Shown: in pieces, positions 35,701 to 46,777 of the stretch
Numbering within the stretch: the stretch's first letter is position 1
How the letters are laid out: the number at the start of each line of letters is the position of its first letter
Assembly: GCA_002269645.1 (NCBI GenBank)
Contig: NIVC01001574.1
Location: forward strand, 1 to 64,000
Direction: 5' to 3'
DNA: 64,000 nt
From: Macrostomum lignano
Lineage: Eukaryota
Notes under the pieces: generated by a model
Database searches by the model: none
Seen by the model: the letters and a program-made list of their open reading frames with translations, nothing else
What the model was told of the DNA's origin: nothing
Program-made: the position numbers and the translations under genes

Positions 35701-38606
35701 GGGCCACTGCGTGTTGAAGTGTCACGCAGAGTGCATCAACTGTGATGCAGCAAACGACAACAAGGCCTGTCACCAGTGCAAAAATGTCCGTGTGGAGACG
35801 GGAAAAGGAGCTATTAAAGTGATCGAGTGTCTCTCCAAATGTCCTGCTGGGAAGTATGTAAGTCAAACTAAAAAAAGGTTGTGTGTTCCGTGCCTGGCCG
35901 GAACATTCAAAAGCGGCAAGGGGAACGAGAAATGTGCATCGTGTCCAGCGGGATCGTTCAGCTCTGCCGGGGCTACAAAGTGCTCCAAGTGCAAACCGGG
36001 CACGTTTAACGCTAAACCAGGCCAGTCAAAGTGCACCAAGTGTTCCGGTGGGACTTTCTCCGGCAAGGGAGCCACGGTGTGTCAGAAATGCCCGCTCGGA
36101 AGCTTTTCCGGTGAAGGCCAGCAAAAATGTTCGCCGTGTCCTTACGGTCACTACGGAGACTCGCAAGGGCTGAAGCAGTGCAAGCCGTGCTCCAGAGGCT
36201 TCTCGGCAGCAAAGAGGGGCCAGGTAAAGTGCACCAAGTGTCCTGCCGGTACGTCAAGTGTGGAGGGCTCCAGGACTTGCAGCAACTCGTGCAAAAAAGG
36301 CGAGTATAGTCCCGCGAAAGGTCAACCATGCAAAAAGTGTTCTCCAGGTACATTCTCCGAGAGTGCGGGCTCGATGAAGTGCTCGCAGTGCGCCCCAGGT
36401 TCATACCAGCCCAATGGGGGGCAGTCTGTATGCATCAAGGCTCCAAAAGGCACGTATGTATCACAAAGAGGAGCAAGAAGTTACCAAAGCTGCCCTGCTG
36501 GTACAGTCAACTCTCAAGTAGGACAGGCGAACAGCTCTGCCTGTCGAAAGTGTCCTGCTGGAACCTTCAGCAGCTCGACAACTAGCTGTAAAAAATGTCC
36601 TGTTGGTCAGTTTTCGTCAGGCTCTGGTTCCCGAGCTTGTTCGAGATGTCCCAAGGGTCAGTATGCTCCAGTCGAAGGGATGAAAGGATGCAAGCATTGC
36701 GACCTGGGCACCTACGCGCCGAATGAAGGATCTGCGGTCTGTAAAATTGCACCACAGGGGACCTATGTTTCAAATAAAGGCTCTATAAGACCCATAAAGT
36801 GTCCCGCCGGACATTATAACGCGAAAGTTCGTCAGTCGAGCAGTTCCGCTTGCCTGCCTTGTCAGAAAAACTATTTCGCTCCATCGAGTGGGTCCTCCAA
36901 GTGCAGAAAGTGCAGTGCCGGTAGCGTCACGGCCAAAACCGGCTCCACAAGGTGTGCCAGCTGCCCAGCGGGATCCTACGCCCACTCCAGCGGCTCTTGC
37001 CAGTACTGCTCACCCGGAACCTACATTTCGTCTACCGGAGCGGCTTCCTGCAGCAAGTGCAAGGCTGGCACATTCGCGCCCGGCCGAGGTTCGAGAAACT
37101 GCAGGCCTTGTTATGCAGGCTCGTTTTCGAATGCCGGCTCGTCGAGATGCACGCAATGCTCTCTGGGCTACTACGCTCCGTCATCAGGATCGAGTCGTTG
37201 TATGAAGTGTCCGTACGGGTCCATCGCTACGAACGCTCAGCGAACCAAGTGCTACAGTAAGTTTTGGTGTCTTGTGTTTGCTTATTTTCAGAATCAAGAA
37301 AGGATTGTGCCAATGGGTAGCTACTTTAGTTAGTGCTGCAAACAGGGAATATTTATTATAGCCATTTTCCAAACCGAAATTCAACTTCAAGAATTTTTTG
37401 TTGGTTTTTTACCAATAACGATTTTTATACAGAACGTGGGCTTTTGTAGTGCATTTACACAGTAAGCGTGCGCCTTGTGAGTGTACAGACTATTACGTTA
37501 GACGCGTTATGGAAGCATTGAAGAAGTTAACCTACTCGTATGCATCAAGAGGTTCACGCACCCCTCAAATCATAAGTTACGTTTTTAATCGCTCTTGTTG
37601 GTCGTCTCCTGCACCCCACAGAGTTTGGCGAGTGCTACTTCGCTAATAAGAACTTCGTCAGTACTTCAGTGAGCCGCACAAAGAGCTCCAAGCCGTGCCA
37701 GAGCTGGACGGTTCGTTATTGTTCCTGGCATACGCTGAAAAGGACCTGCCACGTCCCCAACCCTACTGCGAAAGCGTCCCAATCCACTGGCAACACGTGC
37801 CGAACCTTCACGGAGCAAGGCGGCTCGAACAAGCCGTGGTGTTACACGAAGACTTCGACTCGATGGGAACTTTGCAACATTCCTCTTTGCGGACCCAGTG
37901 AGTACATCATAGTGGCCAGCTAGTGGATGTACTTTTTAGGTGTGGCCGGTGGGTTGTCGTGCGATTCGCAGCCATGACGGCCAACCCCCAAGGCACAGAA
38001 AGTGTACATGCCTGACGATTAGAAAGTCAGGGCCGCTGTACACCTGTGTGAGCGCGTGTGAGTGCGCAACACATATCGCTTTCCATTCCTGTAGCAATCA
38101 TTAACAGGCTGCCGATATGGACTGCCGATTGCTAGCATCAAAAAGGAGAAATTAACGCTGGAGGTCAGTGAGCGAAGCTTGAATCTTGAGCATTGGCTAT
38201 CTGATTGGCTATGACGCTGACAATTGCAAATGAGGTTTCAGTAGACTGGCTCGTACAGATAGAACCTCTTTTCGCTAAGTAAAATAGATTAGAAATCATG
38301 TTCGGCAGTTCTTTTACTCTTTTAATCTGTGTTGCAGGACTGCGCGAGTGCTACAACAAAGGCACGAAGAACTTCGTGTCGGGCATCGCAGTGACCCGGA
38401 GCGGAAAGCCGTGCCAGGGCTGGGAGATCAAGAGCTGCCCCAGCGGCACAGTGGGGAAAACCTGCCACGTGCCCAACACTGCTCTGAAGCTGGCCCGTCT
38501 GATTGGAAACACCTGCCGCATCACCACTGCCAGCAGCGAGAAGCGTCCGTGGTGCTACACCAGGACGTCGAGGAGATGGGAAACGTGCAACATTCCACAG
38601 TGCTGA
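32765..38606 (+). CDS. Secreted MACPF protein (~1,678 aa): signal peptide, MACPF with Gly-zipper insert, beta domain, furin-like and GCC2/3 (ephrin-receptor-like) Cys-rich repeats, two kringles. Exons 32765-37256, 37622-37897, 38338-38606
   Basis: Signal MRHSQLLAVLVALSIALHGAQA. MACPF signature FLLRWGTHFIRSGKFGG (33983-34021), plus YIGVGFD and terminal EAQGG. About 25 CxxC-x-x-G-(T/S)-(F/Y) units. Two CY...PCQ.W...N.CR...PWCYT...RWE.CNIP.C kringles joined by phase-1 introns. Confidence 0.9.
37940..38075 (+). mobile_element. SINE body copy in MACPF intron 3
   Basis: ggccaaccccaaggcacagaaagtgtacatgcctgacgattagaaagtcagggccgctgtacacc. Confidence 0.7.
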
Positions 38607-39149
38607 GTCGGAGTTAAGAGGCTAACTAATTGGTGTCGGGACAAAACTGATGACTTTCCTCTGAAAATTTCAAGTTTGCTGTTAAGTTAGGTCTCCGTTG
38701 CAAAAGTTATGAGAAGCTTATCCATAGCTGCACTTCAATATTAAAGTAATGAGCAGGTTGAACCAAACAATCGTGCGAGGCCAAAATTAATGAATGCTAC
38801 TCAAATCCGTAATCTCGATTGCGATCCGAGGGATAAAATTTTAATATCAATTTGAATAAACAAAAATGATCAAGTTAGATCTTTCACGAGAAGATTTTGT
38901 TTGTTTTGTTTGTTTTGTTTTGACAACCTTTTCTGTAAGACTATACATGTAGGACTGTAATGAGGACCTTCAGTTGACTGCAGCACCAGAACTTGGGGCT
39001 AGCAACAGAAGTCGGTGTTCAGCTATCACTTGGCAGATGAATTTGTAGCACACGTTAATCTAATCGTTTAAAATCGATAGAAGTAACATAAGCTGAAAAG
39101 GCTCGAAAAGTGGACCTGCTATTTTTAGGGAATTTGTCGTTGATTGACG

Positions 39150-41410
39150 AATTCAAACTCACAATCTACAAAGTACACGTATTTGTTTCAAAAATCTGTT
39201 TCAAAAAGCCCGGGATGAAGCGGAGGGTGTGCTGGAACCATTGCAATCACTTATTTGGAGACACGTCATCCATCGCGGTTTCTCCGCATCTGTGAAGGAC
39301 CATCAGCCTCCATTCAACTGCAGTCAATCCAGGCGGTGGGGATGCGACTTCTCGCTGTACTTCTTTCTGGACTGGACAGCTGCCTCTTGACCGCTGACTT
39401 GAAGGCACTGTGGGCCAGTTCGACAGGGTTCAGGAAAGGCGAGTCAAGAGACAGTCTTCAGTTCAATGCGACCAGCGAACTCGTTGGGCACCTGCAATCC
39501 GTGATGAAATCGAACACCATCCAGCAAAACGATGCACAATTGATTCTCGTCCATATTTGCAGCAACCTGCTCACACAGCGTGTTCGCAAACTTCGTCAGC
39601 AAAGGCGATGTGGACATGACAAGATTCAGTGATGGACTTCTCTGGGTGAGCATGGCGCGTCTCTCTCTAGCTCCGCGCAGACTCCTTCCCTTACTGCACC
39701 GAGTCCAAGTAGCCAAGTAGTCCAAGGTCATCCAGATAAACCTGAGTGAGTCGCATCCGGTAAATTTACCATCCAATTAGACTTTCGATGCTTCAGGAAT
39801 GTCAGCGTCTCTCGAAGAAGTTTCATAGAGAAAGCTGTCCATCAAGTGCTTGGGAAACCGTCAAGATGTCACGATGTTTGGCAACTCCGGAAAATCTTAC
39901 AGAGTGCATTTGACAGAGGTCATTTGAAAGTTTGCATTTAGCTTCTTGATTAAGTGCTCCTTCATGATCGGAGTCAGCCAATGATATCTCGCTTCTCTTC
40001 TTGATAGCGCGTACCGGTGTGCATTCGGAACAAATAGTACAGCTTGCAGCTAATCGCTTTTTCACACGTATTCAGCGATGAAACGCATTCACATGTAGGT
40101 TGTCACCCTTAGACATGGATGTCTCTGGCTCCTACCCACATCGAATCTTAGGACAGTCCCCCGCTTTAATTGCATTGGCTGAGTCAGTCTGTAATGCAGA
40201 GAGCAACGGTAGCTGGAGAAGAAACAGAAGGAGGAGTATGGGCATTATCGTAGCGAACGGATAGTGTCAAGCTGCTCAAATACTTTCAGCAATTTTGTGT
40301 ACGCACGGTTTATTTCACCCATGATTTAGTGAAGTCCAATTGTTACTAGTATGAATAGACGGGGAATGTCACTGTCCAACAATAGTAGTATTTTCATATT
40401 GAGGACCGAACGACCTGCCGGTTTCAGCTTTGCCGTGTGCTTCAGCCGGAGTTGAATGCAGTGCTTCACGATGGCTTGCAGCAAGAAATACCAGTGGTTT
40501 TCACTGGTTCTGATCTCATACTACAAGCCTGAAAACTCTCCCGCGGCAACACCCTGCTGGAATGCTGCAAGTCCTGAACCAAAGTCGAAAGGATATTCGA
40601 ACCCATGTCATGACCTTTACCGGCCATGGCTACCTCGCCAGACACTGCTTCCTCCGAGGCGACCTCGAGAGTGAACTTTGCCCTTTTTGCGAGTACGACA
40701 ATGAAGATGCTCTGCACATTGTTTGTCACTGCCCTTTCTTTACCACCAGAGACCGGCTACGCTACCTCGGGCCAAACCTGTCCATTGACGAGGTCTGCCA
40801 GCCCGACAGCATCCCACGGCTCATCCAGTTCCTTCGGGCGACAAGACGAGCCAGTTTCTTCCCTGCGGAAGATCACGCTGCAGGACGGACGGATCGGCGG
40901 AGCACCCTGACCGGGCCCACGCCTCTGCCTGTCTGCGGGCCTTCAGGGGCTGGCGGAATGGGCGACCCTCGCCTCCCCGCTGTGTCTACGGACCATCCCA
41001 CAGCTAAGTCAAGTAAGTCATGCTGCAAGTATGGCTTGCACAGTCCTCTCCGATCATTCAGTTGGATTAGTGGCATGCTGTGGTCAGTGCTGATCAGAAG
41101 CACTTCGTGGTTGCATCGATTGGCTCATTGGTGCAGCGCCTAGTTCTCGCCTCTTTCTGTTGCCAAAGGCGTTTGATCCATTTGAAACCAGTCTGTACGC
41201 GTCCGCAGAAAAGTGTCTGTCGCAGAAGGCAAAAGTGATTCGTGTTGGAATGAACGTATAGGTGGTGTTTTAGTGCGCAATAACCATGCACTGGTGTGCT
41301 CAGGAAACATGACAGGAAACGAAAAGAAGCTGACTGGACTATTATCTTCATTTCTGTCTCTTGTCTTGGACTTGCAATCTAGAGCAGCACAATGGCGCTT
41401 TGACATTTAA
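39150..41410 (-). pseudogene. Degenerate THAP-domain / P-element (THAP9-like) transposase relic
   Basis: MSKRHCAALDC...SFFSFP...W plus frameshifted FCDRHF make a THAP C2CH finger (41140-41406). Downstream NQLCIVLLDGVRFHHGLQ resembles the P-transposase CVLxFDEM region. Boundaries are approximate and no TIR was found. Confidence 0.6.
40480..41027 (+). mobile_element. 3' end of a LOA/R1-type LINE inserted in the THAP relic
   Basis: TFTGHGYLARH...CPFCEYDNEDALHIVCHC (CCHC knuckle). The 3' end cagctaagtcaagtaagtc resembles the terminus at 59596-59615. Confidence 0.8.
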
Positions 41411-41697
41411 TAGTCAAACTGATTTACAACTGATTATCAATGAACAATTAAATTTCTAAGCACTGGAGATGAATGGGAAGGAGACAAACTGAAAATGGCT
41501 AATTGGGTAAAACTGAAAAACTCGTTTCCACTCCAGGTGCTAATTTATAGAACTCCTTGCTTGTGTCCCATTTTGGTTTGAGAAAGTATACAAAACAACC
41601 CCTGGCCAGCGACCATAGAGGATTCCTTGAGACCATGAGAGCAGACCAGCATCACTCACACAGCGTTGGGAGCGCAGCCAGAAAAGAGGCAGAAGGC

Positions 41698-44536
41698 ATG
41701 CACTATTGGGAGATCCTGCAACTTCTGACTCTTCTTCTGTTGCCAACCTATCGAACTGCAGCCGCCAGCGTTGAGAATTCTGGCATGATTTGTGCAGCAG
41801 CTGACTCGCTGTCTCGGCTGGCTGAGCTCTTCGCCAGGAACTCGCTGAAGATCGACGCCGACGGCTACTTTGGGGCCGCCGTCGCCTTCCTGACCTTCGA
41901 TTCGGCGCCCGCCAGCGCCAGCGCTACGGAGCGTCGAGTTGCAGATCTGTGCGGCGACGCTCAGGCCGCCGAGCTGCGTCGAGCTGTCGATCAGCTTCGA
42001 CAGGTGCTGGTCGATTTTCGAGCTCGAGTAGGCAGTAAGAACCCGAGAAGCGGTGGAGACTACGATTTTGAAACCTACTGGGGCATTTGCCGGCCGCTGG
42101 AGGCTGTGATGCGGCGGCTGCTCAGTCAGAGGCGGTTCCGCTGGCGCTGGCTTGAAGACTCGGGACCTCACGGAGCTGCGGTAGACGCCAAGCAGGCTCA
42201 GGCCTGGCTGAAGTCCGTTGAAAGATTGGTGATGAGGTACAATGATACGATGGGCGATGCCTGCTTCAGCAGATTGTTGGACAGTCCAAGCAAAAGGTGA
42301 GTCTTCAGCGACCTGTCAAGATGAAGGGTGATCAGGAGTTTGACTCTGGCAGTATTAACTGGTAAGAGCTGAAAAAGTTTGATTTCAACTGCTTGAACTT
42401 TAGGTTTGTAGAATGCTTGGATTTTTTATGCAGCTTTTTGCCCAAGATTTTTTGAAGTTGCAACATTCCTGTTCGAGAGGTCTAAAGAAGGTGCATTTCG
42501 TGTTAGGTGGAACATGAGATACGGCTGTAGATTCAGCAATGGTCGCTGCATCCAAAAATTATCTAAAGACGACAGAATTATGTAAACCCAGTGGGGCCTT
42601 TGCATAAATAATAATATGATGACACATTGAGCACGCGAATTCGCTTCAGCCGCTCATCGCCCTGCCAGCCTCCGCCAGCATGCAGGCGGATGTTTCTCAG
42701 CGCCAAGCCAAGCATGGGCTACGCGCTGACGCACCAGCTGATCTACTTGGCCGCCGCAATCGATGTGAGCCAGACTCTTTATCATGGTCCCGTTTCCATA
42801 GCCTAGGATTTCCCCATATTGCAGCGATCTCGGGATGCCCCGCACTGCAGCGCTCCTGCCACCTCAGACTGTCCACCGGTCGGTCAGTGGACCAGTCTCT
42901 GGCCGCCGAGGCCTGTCGGTCTGCCCTGGCAGAGCACCGGAAAATTCTGGCCTTGAATTCGGCTGGCATCGACATGATTGACCTGGCATTGGAGCAGGGT
43001 GAGCATACTTGAGACCTAGAACACGGTTGGCGGTTGTAATTTTTACCTGAGTATGGGAAAGTCAGGGCCGATGTACACTCTGTGTGAGCGTGTTGCCGAG
43101 TAGGCATGGCATTAACATTCCTCAGTTTTACTAACTAATCAACTAACATTTAGGGCTTCAAAAAGGAGTAACTACTGGAAACACGAAGAACTTAGCTACC
43201 CGATGCTTGAAGAAGCTGTCTGCATTATGAAAATATGAAAACTATCTTTATTGCTTCGCCGTGTTGCAGCTTTCATCTGCGGCTCTCTGGGCTACCGAGA
43301 CTTCTTCACCGACTCCACTCTGCTGCACCTGCGCCGGCTGCAGGACGAGAGGCTGGGCTGCATCACTGAGGAGCTCAACTCGCTCAGCACTCGGCAAACT
43401 CTGCCGGCTCCCACTGGACGGAAGCTCATGCACGAAGTGATGCTTGATGGTGAGTCCCGAGTACTGAGTCCCGAGTACTGAGTCCCAAGTCCCGTGTCTC
43501 AAGTCCTGAATCCCGGGTCCTGAGTCCCGAATCCGGAATCATGAGTCCTGAGTCCCGAGTCCCGAATCATGAGTCCTGAGTCCCGAATCATGAGTCCCGA
43601 GTCCCGAGTCTCGAATCATGAGTCCTGAGTCCCGAGTCCCGAGTCTCGAATCATGAGTCCCGAGTCCCGAGTCTCGAATCATGAGTCCTAAGTCCCAAGT
43701 CCCGAATCATGAGTCCTGAGTCCCGAGTCCCGAATCATGAGTCCCGAGTCCCGAATCATGAGTCATAAGTCCCGAGTCCCGAATCATGAGTCCTGAGTCC
43801 CGAGTCCCGAATCATGAGTCCCGAGTCCCAAGTCTCGAATCATGAGTCCTTCGAGTCCCGAATCATGAGTCCTTCGAGTCCCGAATCATGAGTCCCGAAT
43901 CATGAGTCCCGAATCATGAGTCCCGAATCATGAGTCCCGAATCATGAGTCCCGAATCATGAGTCCTGAGTCCCGAATCATGAGTCCCGAGTCCCGAATCA
44001 TGAGTCCCGAGTCCCAAATCATGATTCCCGAGTCCCGAATCATGAGTCCCGAGTCCCGAGTCTCGAATCATGAGTCCTTCGAGTCCCGAATCATGAGTCC
44101 CGAATCATGAGTCCCGAGTCGCGAATCATGAGTCCTGAGTCCCAAGTCCCGAATCATGAGTCCTGAGTCCCGAGTCCTGAATCATGAGTCCTGAGTCCCG
44201 AATCATGAGTGCTGAGTCCCGAGTCCCGAATCATGAGTCCCGAGTCCCGAGTCCCGAATCATGAGTCCCGAGTCCCGATTCCCGAATCATGAGTCCGAGT
44301 CCTGAGTCCCGAATCAGGCGAGTCCTGATTCCTGAGTCCCGAGTCCACAATTAATGACAGTCGTTAACAATCCATGGACCCTTGAGCAAAATTGAACTCG
44401 TTCTTTGTGTCACATTGTCAATCGGATTCAAATTCAAAACGCAAATAGGACTCACTGTACCTTTTCAGGAGCCTGCTCGTCCCACACCAGCGGACTGACT
44501 GCTGTCTATTTGTCGCTGTTTCTAAGAGGCTCCTGA
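41698..44536 (+). CDS. UPF0764/C16orf89-like secreted protein, paralogue B (369 aa). Exons 41698-42296, 42650-42764, 42851-42998, 43270-43449, 44469-44536
   Basis: Internal exon sizes (115/148/180) and phases are the same as paralogue A. Motifs GYALTHQLIY, IDLALEQAFICGSLGYRDFF and CSSHTSGL. Confidence 0.82.
43450..44345. repeat. 7/14-bp composite minisatellite starting at the splice donor
   Basis: gtgagtcccgag... followed by (gagtcccgaatcat)/(gagtccc) units. Confidence 0.93.
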
Positions 44537-44786
44537 GTTTCTGAGGTTTTTCTAAAGTCTATCAGAATTCAATTGTGTATCTGTCAGTTGCAAGGCAATT
44601 ATTTGATTTCTACTTTTAATGTAACTCGTATATTTAGTAATGAAACATTATTTATATTCATTCAGCAAACCCTTAAGCTCTATTTCTTGTGCATTGCAAG
44701 TGAGACAAAGAAGAACATTAAAAATTTATAATTACGACGCGTAGCTCGTATTATAATGCAAACCGTGACCACAGATACTAAAATAG

Positions 44787-45211
44787 CTAGATGGCCCACT
44801 CAGGCATATATACTTAGTAAAACAGCTTTCTACTTTCAGTTCAGTAGCAAAGAAGAATACATAAGCTAGTTTATAAAAAAAGGCAGCTGAAATCACTTTG
44901 ATAAGTTTAGAAGCCCAAGCTTGCAGGCGTAAACAACTTGCTAATTGGTTCGGCAGTAATGTACATTAGCCAACAATTCACTGAAATGTACATGGCCGCT
45001 TTAGGCTGGAATTTCCGAGAAAGGCAATTAAAATTGGGGCGGGCGGGGTGGGGGTAGAGTGGAAAGAAAGGCGCGGTTGGAGGTTTTATTGTTGACGGGG
45101 GGTTAGAGCAATAAATGAACCTTATCTTTAAAATATATTAAAATGCTTCCGTTTAACTTACTACTGAACTGAAAGTAGCTTACACGCAAATGTGCTGAGT
45201 GGCCCATCTAG
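44787..45211. mobile_element. MITE-like element with a second partial copy at ~45575-45860
   Basis: Imperfect TIR ctagatggcccactcaggca (44787) / tgctgagtggcccatctag (45193-45211). The first ~300 bp is repeated with divergence at 45575. Confidence 0.65.
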
Positions 45212-46777
45212 TTATTCTAGAATCTATGACCGTGACAAGAGCAGCTGACCATCATTTTCTCCATATATTGTCATTTTGACATAAAAATAAAGCAAATATA
45301 CTCATATGCTACTGCACAAAGTTTTACACGGTCGCCCGAGGGCAGGAGAGAGAGAGAGGAGGGGCGAGATGGGAATTCCGGATTTGGGGGAAAGGCAGAA
45401 GGGGGAAGGGACAGGGGCGGGCAGCCAGCGGGCGACAACCCCACCCCGCCGGCCAGCCAATCACAAACCGCCGACGGGGAGGGGCACAGGGCGGAGAAGA
45501 GCGTTGACGGAGCGCAGGAAGGGCCAAGGGTGAGACTAATTATAAGCCGGCCTGCCCCATAGATTCTAAAGTAAATAGATGGGCCACTCAGGCATATTAT
45601 ACTTAGCAAAACAGCTTTCTACTTTCAGTTCAGTAGCAAAGAAGAATTACATAAGCTATTTTTTAAATAATAAGAAATTACCTTGATAAGTTTAGAAGCC
45701 CAAGTTTGCATGCGTAAGCAACTTGCTAATTGGTTCAGCAATAATGTACATCAGCCAGTCCACTGAAATGTACATGGCACAGCTTTAGGCTGTAATTCCG
45801 AGAAAGGCAATAAAAATTAGGACGGGCGGGGGTAGAGCGAAAAGGCGCGGTTGGAGGGTAAGAGCCAATGAATGAGCCTTGGCTTTAAAAGGGCAACATT
45901 GAAAAGCCGCCACTCTATGCGCCAGTGAGCAATTTTTCTTGGACTGTTCTGAAATAAAAGATGCGAGAAAGCTGATCGGGGTAGCTTTATCAATCCAACC
46001 CTGGCATACCCTGGCAACCCTGGCATACCGCTCCCCACCCAACTTCATTCTTGAACTCAAGTCTGCCGTAGCTAAGTTGCGCGTCACTCGCAAAGATTGA
46101 GAGACTTTACCTGCACTCTCAATAGCGGCGACACAGGACGGAATCTTCTGTGATCTGTGATGGCGACTTTTCGATGTTGCTCTGAGGTGGCGAAAGCGAA
46201 ACCGCTTTGATGCTGGACCAGTTAGGGGAGGCAGAAGGGAGAGGGGAGGCAGGGAGAGGGGGAGAGGCAGAAGACAGAAGAGAGGAGAATCGAAAATCCC
46301 CCGAAATCCGTCAATATGCGTTCAAGCAGGTTCTTCGCGGCGGCTACCAACAAAGACTGAAAGCTGCAGGCGTCTTCAGCTGATTTGCAATCTGAGAAGA
46401 GTAAATAAGGCGCCATCTACCATGCCAAGAATAGCAGAAAGAAATGCTGCCTAACCTGCAGGCCCGGGTTAATGCAATATTATTGACACAGTATTTAAAA
46501 AACTGCTGGAATATTTGCCATGGCACTCCCCAACCCGCGAGACGATTTGCCACGTCGAATGCGCTAATATCGTATTTGAATAATTTTAACTGCGTCAATA
46601 GAGCGAGTCAACTCTGGTTGCTAGGGAAACCGAGCAGGAAAATAAGCAGAAGCGATTGGATTTGAGGGCTGAACAAAGGAAGAAAAAGCTATAGATAAAG
46701 GATAAAATTTTGATGGAGATCAACTGCAGATCACCTCACTCCTCTCTCCAACCTCTCAGAAGACAAAAAGACTTACG

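Noticed and set aside
32765-37256. Recent horizontal transfer of the MACPF gene (giant exon, Gly-zipper)
   Set aside because: The gene has spliceosomal introns, a eukaryotic signal peptide and animal-type modules. There is no evidence for transfer without a phylogeny.
37257-37333. Hydrophobic C-terminal tail (SKFWCLVFAYF...) suggesting a membrane anchor on the MACPF protein
   Set aside because: It begins exactly at a strong donor (a|gtaagt) that splices in phase to the kringle exon. It is probably intron read-through, although an intron-retained isoform cannot be excluded.
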